Shown here piece by piece: positions 1 through 12,737 of a stretch of DNA of 64,000 nucleotides. Source of the stretch: Squalus acanthias (lineage: Eukaryota); assembly GCA_030390025.1 (NCBI GenBank), contig CM059447.1, forward strand, positions 19,220,001-19,284,000, in the 5' to 3' direction. Both the position numbers and the translations under genes were made by a program. Under the pieces are notes generated by a model. The model saw only the letters and a list, made by a program, of their open reading frames with translations. It made no database searches and had not been told where the DNA came from. Numbering within the stretch: the stretch's first letter is position 1; each line of letters begins with the position of its first letter.

Positions 1-205
1 TACCTGTCCCGGCTCTTTGAAAGAGCTACCCAATTAGTCCCATTCCCCATAGCCCAGCAAAATTTACCCCTTCAAGTATTTATCCAGTTCCCTTTTGAAA
101 GTTATTGTTGAATCTGCTTCCACCACCCTTTCAGGCGGTGCATTCTAGATCATAACAACTGCCTGCATTAAAAAGATTTCTCCTCATCTTGCCTCTGGCT
201 CTTTT
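1..205 (-). mobile_element. CR1 LINE 3' end fragment
   Basis: Matches the CR1 3' region seen elsewhere in the window (ccggctctttgaaagagct; gaatctgcttccaccaccctttcagg); compare 51040-51350 and 63280-63400. Confidence 0.75.
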
Positions 206-1699
206 GTCAGAGACATCAGGCATATACCTGATGTATTAGATGATGAAGATTCACTTGTCTTTAGTTTAAAGATCTACACTATAAGATTATCAACATATAC
301 TGTCGATGGTGCTCACTGATTTAGTGTCCTACTGAAGTATCCATTTGCATTCCAAAGACAGCAAACAATGCAAGAAAACTGACCCCCACCCCCCACCACC
401 ACTATACCTGACCAATAACATGTGGCTAAAGAAAATGCTCTCAAAATCTGCATGGAAGTAATAGCATCAAGAAAACAATGCTTAATAAAGAAAAAATCTG
501 AAGCCCTGCTTCTGTTTTCAAACACTTTCACGTGGACAGTACTACTATTGCTAACTGCATCAGCAACAAATTGTTCAATGTCCCTAACCAAAGCTACCCT
601 GCTGCATTCTAAAGTCACAGCATTGTACAGAATTGATCTGAATTGCGCTTTGATTCGAGGCTAACTGAAACCATTCAGTAGAACTTTCCCAGCTCCTAGT
701 AACAGTCTGTTGTCTATATAGAGAGATCGCCAATGTTCTCACACACGCTGCCTTAGCTAACTGAGCTTTTCCATTGTACAGTAACAGCAGGCCTCAACCC
801 TCACGGTTTTAGGGGCTCAAAGCTATTTTACTGTGTGTACAACACAATGAACATTCAGCCTCCCATTTTTACGAGCTCTGCTCTAGATCCCTGCAGAAAG
901 TGTCATTTACAATTTATACCTAGATATGGGATTCCACTGCCAAAAAATGCTTTATTTAAAAAAAAATTTGTTCTGCATATTAGGAGAAACCTCTGTTTAG
1001 TGATATCAGTATAAATACACTGATTATAAAGCTAATTTACATTCTTCACCTTAAAAGACTGTGAAAGGTAGACTGAAGGTAAACCAGAGGGAATGTTATC
1101 AGAAGTTTGCTGAGGTTACATATTAATTTCCATTCACTGCATCGCAGTGAAAGGAAGGAGTGGCTCAGTACCTGCAACATTTAATTGCATCTTTCCTGTT
1201 GCTATACCAATATTGAATTTATTTTTGCTTCTATTGAAATCTATGGTGTCCCACAGATGCCACCAAATTTATTTTTCCAACCCATGTACACACTGGAAAA
1301 GTATATCTATTAAACAATTCTTCTTAATACCACTGATTGTGAAAATATAGTACCTTTCATCATGTAGTGCACATATTTATTCCATTGGCCGCCCTAGTTT
1401 GCCCTTTAGATTCTGGCTCAGTGATTGGATGGACTCAGACTACCCTTTGTGCCTCTCTCAGCATTCTCGGGCAGGCTCATTGTAGCAACTGTTGTTGCTA
1501 CCTTAAGAGTAGTCCACCTTAAGAGCAGTAACCCCAACTGCCCTGCCTACTCTCCCAAAGACATACCTATCCAACACAACTGTTGGGGACTAATTTCATC
1601 AACCTCCTTCCCACTTCACTCACGGCACCCATCCTGGACACTGCCAGTGGATCAAAATCACTGCCCCTCTGCTCATTTCCCCCCAGGATGTCTGTTAAT

Positions 1700-3592
1700 C
1701 TGTGAACAAGGCATTTTTCAACCACATCCTCATTGTGGATGTCATCCTGGTTTTGACTGAAACTGGCCTATAGGAGAGGCAACACTTTACTTACACATCC
1801 CCTAAGTTTCCTTCAACCCCACTTCCTTCTGCATCCACTTCTGGAAAAACATCACCTCAAGTCACTTACAACTGCACTCTCAAACACGATACTGCCTAGC
1901 CTTTGACCCTCCGTTCACCAGCTCCATTCTGCAGCTGCTGATTTGCTGAACCAGTCCCTCACTTCTATCTCTAATGCCCTTGTCCCCAGTGAAACCTTTA
2001 CTCTCTCCCATCCAGATTGTTCCCCATGGAGTGACCACCATCTTTGCTCCCTCAAGTTAAAAGGAGCATAAACTTCAGTGTGCCTGTCACACAACTGGCT
2101 TAGCTATCCATCGCCAAATCTGGCTTGACCACACCAAGCTCTACCAGGCCTTGCTCTCCTTTACCAAAATGGCCGACTACTTTACAATCATCCTAGAGGA
2201 AAAAGAAAACCCCTGGCTCCTTTTCTCTATTGCCAACCATGTCCTTAAACTGCTCTTCCCCCATACTCCCTCCACCCTCACCTCTAACAACGAGCTAATG
2301 GAATTCTTCATCTCCAAGATAGAGATCATCAATTCAGGTGCCTTTGCTGCTTCCTGCTTTCCTCTGCCCATTAAGCCAAACTGTGCCATCTCATTCCCAC
2401 CCTAGCATTGAACCCTCTTCTCTCCATAGTTTCCCCTCCCCCCAGCTCCTCCGCTGCCCCTCTCTAATCTGATCTCATTCATGAGACCGACATGCTGCTC
2501 CCTCGACCCCAATCCCACCCAACTTCCATTGTAGGCCCCTAGCTGACATTCTAAATGTTTCCCTCTCTGCAGGCACTGTGTCCCCCCCCCCCTACCTTTT
2601 ACAACTGCTGCCATTACTCCCTGCATAAAAATTCTACCCTTGACCCTTTGTCCTAACTAATTACCATCCCATCTTCAACCTCTCTTAATTTCTCAAGTCC
2701 TTGAACATGTTGTTGCCTTCTAGACCTGTGCCCAGCTCTGCTGAAACTCCCTTTTTTTAGTGCCTCCAATCAGATTTCCTACTCTCCCACAGCAATGTAA
2801 CAGCCCTAACTAATGTCACAAACAACAGGTGACTATGACCATGGTGCATGATCCCTTCTCATCCTCCTTGACCTCTGTGCAGCCGCTGACACAGGTAAAT
2901 CACACCATCCTCTTCCAACACCTGTTGTCCAGCTCCATGGTACTGCCCTTGCTAGGTTCTACTCTCACTTGTCCAAACATAGTCAAAGTATCTCCAGTAA
3001 TGGCTTCTCTTCCCAACCCAGCACCATCACCTCAGAAGTTCCCCAAGGATCCATCCTTGGCCCCCCCCCCCCTCTTCTTTGTCATCTACATGCTGTCTCT
3101 CAGTGACATCATCCAAAGCCATGGTGTCAGCCTCCACATGCATGCTGATAGCTCCCATGTCTACCTCTCTTGACCCTCCCACTGCCTCTGTGCTGTCACA
3201 CAGTTTATCCAATATACAGTTTTGGATGAATTGGATCTTTTTCCTGCTAAAACATTTAGAAGACTGAAGTCATTATCTTCAGCCCCAGTCATACAACCTC
3301 CCCTCCCCTGTACTCTTTGTTTCTCTAACTCTGGCCTCTTTTGCATCCCTCCCTTCCTTCACCCTACTACTGTGCCTTTAGCCACCTAGATCCCACTCTC
3401 CGGAATTCCATCTCCAAACCCCTCTCCTTCTTTAAGACCCGCGTTAAAACCCACCTCTACGACTAAGTTCTTTGTAACCCCTCCGAATCACCTGTGCCTC
3501 GGTCTCCATTTTTCCTTACACCTCTGCGAGACACCGTGGAACCTTTTATATGTTGAAAGTGCTATATAAATGCCAATTGTTTTTGTTGTTGT
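1700..3592 (+). mobile_element. Degenerate L2 LINE (ORF2 remnants plus 3' tail)
   Basis: ORF fragments such as ELMEFFISKIEII and PLFFVIYMLSLSDIIQSHGVSLHMHADSSHVYLS resemble L2 RT; ends in gctatataaatgc..(ttg)n tail. Confidence 0.85.
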
Positions 3593-5212
3593 CAATAGTA
3601 CAAGCTGAATATTCCTGAAATTAACATTCACTGAGAAAACAGCAGATGGCACTGGTAGAAAAACAAGTTTTAAAACAGGCCAGCGTCTTTGACTTTTACG
3701 TCTGTGTGAACACAATGGCTTTCTTTTTTCAATTAGGATTTTTGTAGTTAAATAAAAATAGAACATCTGTCAATTACTGCAGTTTTAATGCCAGACGGAT
3801 AGATTACCATGGAATATTTTTGTATGTTAAATAGTAGTCAGGGCGACATTCTGGTTCAATCAGATAATGTAATTATTTACTATACATTACTTAAAATATG
3901 AATGAATGCAAAAAATATATTGCACAGATCTGCATTCAATATCCTAAATATAAATCAAGCAGCTCAGTGGAACTCTGCCAAGTGTAGATGTCTTACATGG
4001 GAAGCAGCAACTTCCATTTTAAACCAATTACCAGCCATCTGCTCAAAAAATGAGCAGTATCCCAGGGTTAGATTTAGAGCCAGGTTAAAAATATGTTTAA
4101 CAGCAGTTACGACACATACTTTCAGGGAAATGATTGGACTGGGCTAAAACGATCAAAGATATTCAAACAAATTTATGGTTGCATGTTATTATGGGCCTGG
4201 AAGTCCACAGAACACAGCACAGTGAGGCTGTAATCTTCAGGAAGTGTGCGCATTCAGGCATGAATTAAGAGCTAAAAATCGATGAAATCTTAACTCAGTA
4301 AAATTGATTATTATTTGTGCAGGCGTCCTCTCCATTACTGTGTCAGCAATACTGTAATGTTGCATGCTTCCTGCTTTTCTAATGCCGTCTAGTTGTCAAT
4401 TTCTAGTTGTGAATTTAACCTGAAATTGACACCTTTGAAATCAAGCACCGAGCGGTGCCTTATTCCCCCACTGAATATATTTCAGCCCACACCACATTAA
4501 GGCCCGAGGAGCTGGGAGCAGAGCACTCTCACAATGACTTCACATTCCCTCCCCCCTCCCCTAGCTCGTTAAGTGGGAGGCCCTCAGCACATCGGAATGG
4601 TGAAATGCCTGCTTCCACCTCTCCGAGAAATTGCAACATGTCGTCCATCCCAACATCCGCAACGTGGAGACAGATCGGAGCGTGCTATTGAAAAAAAAAA
4701 GACACACTGTACACAAATCACACCTCGATCTGAACGACCGAATGCCGTGCGGTAGAAAAAAAAAACACCTTAAACGTGAATTTACCTTCAATCGAGTATC
4801 AACAGCAGCCATAAATAAAACACAAGGATGAGCCCCTCTTTAAAAAAATGGCAGCGCTGTAATCGTATCTCCACTGCAACATAATCAGACTAATCAGATG
4901 AGAGGAGCTCAGGAGCAGCGCCCTGGAGATAGCCATTAACGCTGCGAATCAATTAACTCTTTTAAAGAATGGAAACACTAAACCTTTGTACAGTTCTAAG
5001 CAACCCGTTTACTCTCTCCATCAAGGTTAGTGCGCAGACCCACCCGCGCCATAGAAACCCTCTGAAAGGAGTGTTTTCTGCCCTCCCCGAGTTTATATTT
5101 CGTTCTCCCACCCACCCCAGTCGCCCTGCCATGATCAGTGCGAGAGCGACTGGTATCCCAGTCATTCAAACCCATCAGATATATCTAAAATATGTAAAAG
5201 TGAAAGTCATAC

Positions 5213-5357
5213 CTGTACTGTACTTCCTTTCAAATCCAGGAGAGTTATTGTCTCGCCTTCCTTTGTTTAGAGATGTATTCAATGATATTAGAGCAGTATT
5301 TTTTTTTCAATAAATAATAGTCTATTCCCTCTGCGCTGCCTTGGGCTGCCGTCTCTA
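5213..5357 (-). other. FASN: Non-coding first exon (5' UTR) of fatty acid synthase
   Basis: Minus strand begins AGAGACGGCAGC (5356-5345), which I recall as the start of human FASN mRNA. Ends at donor CAG|GTATGA (5213/5212). Lies below a TTTAAATA TATA box and next to CCDC57 as in mammals. No MEEVVIAG coding exon found in the window. Confidence 0.8.
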
Positions 5358-5510
5358 GAAGCTGGGCTGTGCTTCTCAATGCTTCTCTACATTATTTAAA
5401 TGGCTGATTCGCCGGCTCGACACGCCACATGGTCTGACAGATTGGGTTTTCAGCCCAGTCCAATGAGAGGAGAGGCAGGGCTGGACCACAAGCTCATGAG
5501 ATGATCAACC
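5358..5510 (-). promoter_or_regulatory. FASN: FASN proximal promoter: TATA, SRE/E-box module, CCAAT (NF-Y) boxes, SRE-like site
   Basis: Minus strand reads CTCATTGGACTGGGCTGAAAACCCAATCTGTCAGACCATGTGGCGTGTCG...CATTTAAATAAT, closely matching the mammalian FASN core recalled as CTCATTGGCCTGGGCGG...GCTGTCAGCCCATGTGGCGTGG...TTTAAATA. E-box 5426-5431; CCAAT 5460-5464 and 5441-5445; TATA 5393-5400; SRE-like ATCATCTCAT 5505-5496. Confidence 0.85.
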
Positions 5511-5547
5511 CCCCCTTCAAACGCCTGAGAAGACGCAGTCTCCGTAG

Positions 5548-5563
5548 AGGTTACTACAGTTCA
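5548..5563 (+). promoter_or_regulatory. DR4 nuclear-receptor element (LXRE-like)
   Basis: AGGTTA-CTAC-AGTTCA: two half-sites spaced by 4 nt, ~190-205 bp upstream of the inferred FASN TSS. Confidence 0.7.
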
Positions 5564-6441
5564 TGTGCAACATCACTGTACTGGACGGGCTAAAAAGGTG
5601 CAGAACAGACAGTCTACAATCTGGAACTTCAAACAAATGAAATCTCTTCCTCTGTAGCCCTGGGTTGAAGCCAAATTAAGCGTTTGCAAGTATACTTTGC
5701 AAAGGATTAACTCATTGTTGTAAGAGAAAGGCAGATATCCTTTCTGACTTGTTCTCAAAATAAATGTATCCTAAGATCTCCAGACAATACATTTATATTA
5801 TGTCTCAGGATTGCTTGTGAAGGGCATGTTTGTTATTTGGTACAGACACATTGAGCTGCCTAGTGTTGAACAATGCGTTTCACCCTGGAACTGGCAGGAC
5901 ACGGAATCTTTCTGTGATTCCACCAGTCGTGGTCTCCGACAGGCCGGCGAGAGGTAGGCTCTCAATTGCAGGTAAGCTACTTCGCAACAGCGAGACAAAA
6001 ATCAGAGGGTGAGTCAACCAGCACCACTTGTGTGCATGTACCAGCTCGTTAGAAATAATATTGAGAGCCCTTTGGAGCAGGTTACCTGCCTGACTGCTCT
6101 CCCACCCATGGAGGGCGGTGCAGCAGAAGGAGCAGAAATATGTGAGTGCGATGTGGGGGTGTAATTACATTCAATTGTTGGAAGTTATCTCTCTTTTAAT
6201 CATCTGTCCCAAGATACATATTTTTCGGATGTGAACGCAGAGGCTGGTTCTCCTGGCAACAAAGTCCACGTGAACTTAGTTCTGAAAATAGCCATTGTAG
6301 ACAGATTTTTTTAATGTATTATTCAGCTAATAGTTGCAAAGATGGGCTAAAGGTAGTTAATTTTGAATTCGCACGCATCTGCATTTCCTTTAGTGAACTG
6401 AAATTGGTTGTTGATGCTGTGATATTCCCAGTAGTGAAGCA

Positions 6442-6678
6442 TCCGGGAAGGCGCCGAACACCTCGAGTCTCTTCGCCGGGAGCAAGCGGAAGTCAAGCGC
6501 AGGCAGCGCAAGGAGCGCACGTCAACCCAAGCACCCCGCCCACTCGTCCCTTCAACCACCGTCTGCCCCACCTGTGACAGAGACTGTAGGTCCCGCATTG
6601 GACTCATCAGTCACCTGCAGAACTCATTTTTAATGTGGAAGCAAGTCATCCTCGGTTCCGAGGGACTGCCTAAGAAGA
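6442..6678 (+). mobile_element. 5'-truncated RTE LINE 3' end
   Basis: Near-identical to the RTE 3' end at 31590-31800 (CPTCDRDC zinc knuckle); (AAG)n tail; 9-bp TSD AGTGAAGCA at 6433-6441 and 6679-6687. Confidence 0.85.
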
Positions 6679-7044
6679 AGTGAAGCAAAAGCTCAGATTT
6701 CCCTACTTGCCCTCTTTGAATTTTCTGATGAAAAGTGAACTGAAAGAACTATTGAAATACCTGAAACCAAACCTGAGAAATTAAATAATTATTTCCATGC
6801 AATGGATACTGAGGGGTTTTTTCTTGCATTGGAATACTTTAACTGCCTAAAATGTTATAACATTACAGAATTATTGCAAGAATTACGAATGGGTGCAGGG
6901 GAAAGTATTAGCTTGTGGTACAATTTTCATGATTTTCTAACTGAATTGGTGCAATATTTATTTAAAGAAAAAAAATTGTACCTGTATTTTTTAATTTGCT
7001 TGTTTGGACTGACAACCAATAGGAAGTGATGTTAATGTCTGCAT

Positions 7045-7425
7045 AGAACATACAAAATTCTTACAGGGCTTGACAGGGTAAATGCAGGGAGGATGTTTCC
7101 CCTGGCTGGGGAGTCTAGAACCAGGGGTCACAGTCTCAGAATAAGGGGGTCAGCCATTTAGGACTGAGATGAGGAGAAATTTCTTCACTCAGAGGGTGGT
7201 GAATCTTTGGAATTCTCTACCCCAGAGAGCTGCGGAGGCTCAGTCGTTGAGTATATTCAAGACAGAGATCGATAGATTTTTGAATATTCAGGGAATCAAG
7301 GGATATGGGGATAGTGCAGGAAAGTGGAGATGAGGTAGAAGATAAGCCATGATCTTATTGAATGGCAGAGCAGGCTCGAAGGGCTAAATGGCCTACTCCT
7401 GCTCCTATTTCTTATGTTCTTATGT
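7045..7425 (+). mobile_element. CR1 LINE 3' end
   Basis: Encodes RRNFFTQRVVNLWNSLP; 3' UTR gggctaaatggcctactcctgctcc followed by (ttcttatg)n tail. Confidence 0.9.
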
Positions 7426-9384
7426 TTAACATTAATATTATTTCAGTCTAGTATAAATACAAGTTAAACATTTCACTGTTATGACCAATTATCTTGAATA
7501 AATTGCATTTGTGATTAAACTTCAAAGTGAGAAGACTGTACATTATACCCGCTACTCCAACTCATGTGCACTGCTGTAATTCTTTGGCCCTTGGAACAGG
7601 CTGGAGATTATCTTTTGTCGGTAGATTTGTTTTTTGCTCTGACATGCGTGGAAGTCCGTCAGCATGTTTAATAGTCTCCAAATAAAGCTACTGAGAGAAA
7701 AAGCATACAGGTACATTTTATGTTTGCCCAGTATGGATTGCACAATCTTTCCCCATAGCGTCACACACCACCTATCTAAGTCCAGAGAGCTTAGGCGTAG
7801 GTTTAACCTTGGGGATCCCCAAGTGTCAGGGACTGCTGGATTTAACCAGATAACACTGCATGGCCATCCACTACAGAGCACTAATAAGCTTCCTGCTGCT
7901 TGTCCTATCCATTAAAATATTGGCTTGTACAGTTATCTGGAGCAGTAAGAAGAATCCCAGCCATCAATGACAGATCTAGCTCTCCAGTTTCCATTAGTGA
8001 GCCAAGCTGGCTAGTCAATCATCGACAGTGCCCTGCAGTACTGTGGACCTGCCTACCAAACACCATTGTGTAAGCACTATCACCATGAGGACTGCAGCGG
8101 TACAAGGATAAGGCCCACCACCACCTTCTCGGGGAAACTGGGGATGGATAGTAAATGCAGCCTTGTCAGCATTGCCCACATCCAGAGATCAAATAAAATT
8201 AAAATCCCCTTGGATCCTGGCTTGGGCCTAGTGATTAACCTCCCCTTGCATGCTGCTTGACAGTGCATCTGAACGCCTGGTAGCGCACACAGTTGCTGTT
8301 GCATGCTTCCTGAATTCACATGCAGCAAAAAATAGGTCAGTTCGCAGGAAATGATGCACTGAATCTGTCTCAGCCAAGCAAGGCTTCTTCCTCATTGAGT
8401 ATTGTAAGTGAAAGGTAAATATCTTGTCTTAGCCTTTCTTTTTTCTTTTTATATGCAAACTCCCCCTCCTCACTCAATAGCTAACACCCAGCTCACCAGG
8501 AGTAATGGGTGGGTCACACACTCCTATAATATGATTTAATAATGTATATTTATACCTCACTTCACTCTGTCTTCTGCTCACAATTCCCTAAAATTGAATG
8601 TGTACCATATATTGTGCCCTTTATTCAACAATAAAATCCACTAACGATAAATGAAATGTATTCAATAAGTGTGCAATATATTTCGGACTATATTAAGTTT
8701 CATGTTTGTGATTTATGGCTTTGTGCTATATAATAAACAATTTCACTGCTAAATTCTTTAATGTTTTATTAATCATGTCTTTTTGTAACATTTACATTCC
8801 TAATTTTTTATCTCTATGTTTCAATATTTTATATGTACCTCTCCTCTCCAGCAGATGAGGGTGCTACTTCACACCCAACGTGCTGCCCCTCTTACAGGAA
8901 AATGCCTGGTTCAGTTCAAGTTCTTCCACTATGATGCGTCCCTTCCACTAAGCACCTCCTTCTGACACCCCAGCTGAGTTTGGGAACGTACCATGTGTGA
9001 ATTGTAGGTGCAGACTTGCATCTTGTCACTCAACAGTTCATATGGGTTACCACACTACGCTATAATCATCTTGAGCTCGACTGTTCTCATTGATTTATAA
9101 TTTAGCATCCAGAAATACAAGCAAATATTAGATAACCTTTAGCAGAAAAAAAGACTGAGACTTTAACTTGGGATAAATTCAATCGTAGAATAAAGTCTTG
9201 TGTATAACTATTCCAGTCTAAAAAGTTTCTGCAGTGTTTTCATGATGAAGCTCTGGATTGGCTATCGACAGTTTTTGGTGTTGGCATGCATAGAGAAACT
9301 AATGGGAGGACACTACTACTGCATACTTTATAATGATATATATGGTACAAGCTGTTTGTACTCATGGATAATGCTCCCAGTGCT

Positions 9385-9815
9385 GTCAGCTAGTACAAAT
9401 GAGACTTTGCTATAAAGGTCCCAGTGTAGTACTGAGCCATGTGAAGCTCCTAAAATTTGATCTCCAGCTGAGTTCGACGATCACAGCAAGACTGGCAGTA
9501 GGGTGTGTTACAATAGGCATTAGTGCCCTTGGGTTAGGGAGTGGTGGGGGTGGGGAAATATCAGCCAGTATTTCCACTTCAGACGGTCGCTCAGCGACAC
9601 CTGCTGGATGGGGTGCACGTGGGGTGAGGACGGGATCAGATTCAGCTGTGACGCTCTCCGTAGTGGAATAGCCTACCGCAACACTCTATCAAAGCTCACA
9701 CAGGAAGACCATCCACCTGAGAGAGGCAGTGGAATATTGTCAGCGTCACTGGAACTGAACTCGGTGTGAGTCAGCACCTGCCGGTGAAGAGGTGAAAAAT
9801 GAGGAAAAGAAAGAA
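9385..9815 (+). mobile_element. Old shark SINE family 'B' copy (name not assigned)
   Basis: Shares diverged blocks (gctgagtt..gatc.cagc, aaatcagccag, ggatcagg/attcagctgtga, gaatagcctgcc..cactc) with copies near 28400, 34320 and 58610 (+) and 37250, 40250 and 44450 (-). Confidence 0.6.
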
Positions 9816-10506
9816 CACTAGTTACATTACGACGGATCACACACATTTTTTAAGGCATCAATAATTTGGCAGAATGCGGCGTATCTGAACTTTTAAATTT
9901 ATATTCCCCCCATTTTTTTATTTGTTATTTTCTCTCCTGTAGCATACAACTAACTTACACTGAGGGCACTGCTTATAAAAAATGTAACCTAACCACAAAA
10001 GATGTGCAACATTTTATTTTTGAAAAGCCAATTTGTGGCTTAGCAAAGCCCGGCACCAGGCCCTTCCCTACTCTCTCAGATAGACAATATTTGTAGAATA
10101 AAGTGGATGAGAGAAAAATGTACATTGTGAGTGTCCCATGTTTGAGCACCAGCATGTGCAGTGGGGGGCCAGTGGGTGGAAGTTTGATCCATCACGCTGC
10201 TTGGCTCCTGACTTTATCCGGAAACATGCCAAGTGAAGCAAATACTTCTTCATTAGTTTTGTAAAAACTGGAGGGGGAATCAGTTTTATCCCCCCCCTCC
10301 CCACCTTCCTGAAGCTGTCCTGGGATACAGTTCCATATAGATACCAGGCCCAAGTGAAAGGGGGCTAAGACTGATCCCATTCTCGCCTGTTCACTTGTGT
10401 ACATTTTCCAGCAGGGTTCACTGTGGAGCAATCAGAAGCAGGAACCCTGGACGATGTTCCCTCCCTCTCTCATCCAGGAGTGCTGAAGCCAACTATAGTG
10501 TCCTTG

Positions 10507-11423
10507 CTGTGGTCCAGTGGGTAGCACTCTCACCTCTGAGTCAGAAGGTTGTGGGTTCACAATCCCACTCCACGGGACTTGAGCACAAAAATCCAGGCTG
10601 ACACTCCAGTGCAGTACTGAGGGAGTGCTACACTGTTAGAGGTGCCGTCTTTCGGATGAGACATTAGAAAGAAAGACTTGCATTTATATAGTGCTTTTCA
10701 CGACCACTGGACGTCTCAATGCACTTTACAGTCAATGAAGTACAATCACTGTTGTAATGTAGGAAACGCAGCAGCCAATTTGCGCACAGCAAGCTCCCAC
10801 AAACAGCAATGTGATAATGACCAGATAATCTGTTTCATGATGTTGATTGAGGGATAAATATTGGCCAGGACACCATGGATGACTCCCCTGCTCTTCTTCA
10901 GAATAGTGCCAAAGGATCTTTTCCATCCACCTGAGTGGGCAGACAGGGCCTCAGTTTAACGTCTCATCCAAAAGACAGCACCTCCGACAGTGCAGCACCC
11001 CTCAGTACTGCACTGGAGTGTCAGCCTAGATTTGTTGTGCTCAAGTCCCTGGAGTGGGACTTAGAACCCACAACCTTCTGACTCAGTAAGCGAGGGTGCT
11101 ACCCACTGAGCCACAGCTGACACAAAACTGAGGCCCCGTCTGCTCGCTCAGGTCGACATAAAAGATCCCATGGCACTATTTCGAAGAAGAGTAGGGGAGT
11201 TGTCCCCTGTGTCCAGGCCAATATTTATCCCTCAATCACTAAAAAAAAAACAGATTATCTGGTCATTATCACATTGCTGTTTGTGGGAGCTTGCTGTGCG
11301 CAAATTGGCTGCCATGTTTCCTACATTACAACAGTGACTACATTTCAAAAAGTACTTCATTGGCTGAAAAGCGCTTTGGGGCGACAGGTAGTCGTGAAAG
11401 GCGCTATAGAAATGCAAGTCTTT
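10507..11423 (+). mobile_element. Deu-domain tRNA-SINE (SacSINE1/AmnSINE1-like), host copy split by a second copy
   Basis: tRNA-like A/B boxes, central gatgagacgttaaaccgaggcccc..gatcccatggcact domain, L2-like tail gcgctatagaaatgcaagtcttt. Host = 10507-10665 plus 11124-11423. Confidence 0.85.
10666..11123 (-). mobile_element. Full-length Deu-domain SINE nested antisense in the same family
   Basis: Complete head-to-tail reverse-complement copy interrupting the host at gagacatt|aaactgaggcccc. Confidence 0.85.
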
Positions 11424-12231
11424 CACTGTTGCACCTGTCAGTACAAGCTGGGGTTTCCCCGGTTAGCCCACCAGATAATCATATGAGCCAAAAACAGCAG
11501 CTTCACAATGGAGAAGGAAAAATCCGAAGCAACGTTCCCCTCCAGCTGCTCCTAAAAGTCAGCGTAGAGCAGCATTTGCAGAGAAAAGCAGAGGGTTTTT
11601 ATCCCCTTACAATTTTTTTTAATTAAGTGCAATAAAGATTGAATAGGGCCTAAAAATAACCAGCCATTACTTTTAAACACACTTTTAAACGTTGATAGTA
11701 TATACAGACGGCGGAGCAGGAAGCTGTCAATCAAGGAGGAAGCTGAGTCAATCATGGAACAGACAGCCATTCACAGAAGGAGGGTATGGAGGTGGGGCGA
11801 GTCTGTCCAATCATGTGCAGCGGATGGGTGCAGTGCAATGATGGGCTGATGTGGTGGTGTTGTTTGAAGGGGCAGGGCTTAATGTAAAGGGCGTGTTGCA
11901 GAAATCAGTACTGCCAAGCTGTGAACTGAAGCTTACCCTCGGTCATTCACCTCAGGACACACTGATTCAGGATCAGGGAACTGAAGGGTTACTAAAAGTC
12001 ATTCATAGCACTGTCTAGCATTGGGGATGCTGCTAAAATAGTGTTTCAACATAAAACATGTACTTTTTTTTTTACAAATCTGACATTGTGTTAAAGTAAG
12101 CAATTTACTGCATGAATGCTAAATGTCTGAAGGTTTAAATGTAACTTGCTAAAGGAAATTTCTTTCACAATGTATAATGTCTGGGAGTGACTCAAAGAGG
12201 ATCTCTGGAGAGGGAAGCATCTATTTAAACG

Positions 12232-12360
12232 ATAGCAAAATACTGCAGATGCTGGAAATCCGAAATAACAACAGAAAACGCTGGAAAAACTCAGCAGGCG
12301 AGGCAGCATCTGTGGAGAGAGAAACAGAGTTAACGTTTCAGGTCGATGACCTTTTGTCGT
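12232..12360 (-). mobile_element. Penelope-like element terminal fragment
   Basis: Reverse complement gacctgaaacgttaactctgtttctctctccacagatgctgcc; same family as 17390, 23345 and 57260. Confidence 0.6.
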
Positions 12361-12737
12361 CGCATCTATTTAATCCTGACTATTCCTACACTACTGCAGT
12401 GCTTCTGATCTGTGACCTTACCCACATGTGAAGAACCTCACATTCTCCCCATGTGAGCATCACAGCAGAGCCTGATCCAGTTCTCACTTGGCGTTCACAC
12501 ACGTTGTTGCAATTCAGGCTATTAAAGCATTGTTTTCTCATTCAAACGACCTGACAAGTTTTCAGAAGGGCTGCACACCCCTTACAACCTGAAACCTGCA
12601 ACTTTCGCTTTCTGCCCTTGAGGTAACAGCCACGATCTAAGAATGAACCCTGACGGCAGTTAATTACATCTTGGAGATTACATGGCATTCCCATAATGTT
12701 TTCAGTTTTTTTGGACGTTGCAATTCAGGCTTTTAGA

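Noticed and set aside
1-5200. FASN coding exons
   Set aside because: No MEEVVIAG or ketosynthase-like peptide was found; this is intron 1.
6078-6095. Second promoter DR4 (AGGTTA cctg cctgac)
   Set aside because: The second half-site does not fit RGKTCA.
11812-11828. ChoRE (ChREBP site)
   Set aside because: CATGTG is followed after 5 nt by GATGGG, a poor second E-box.
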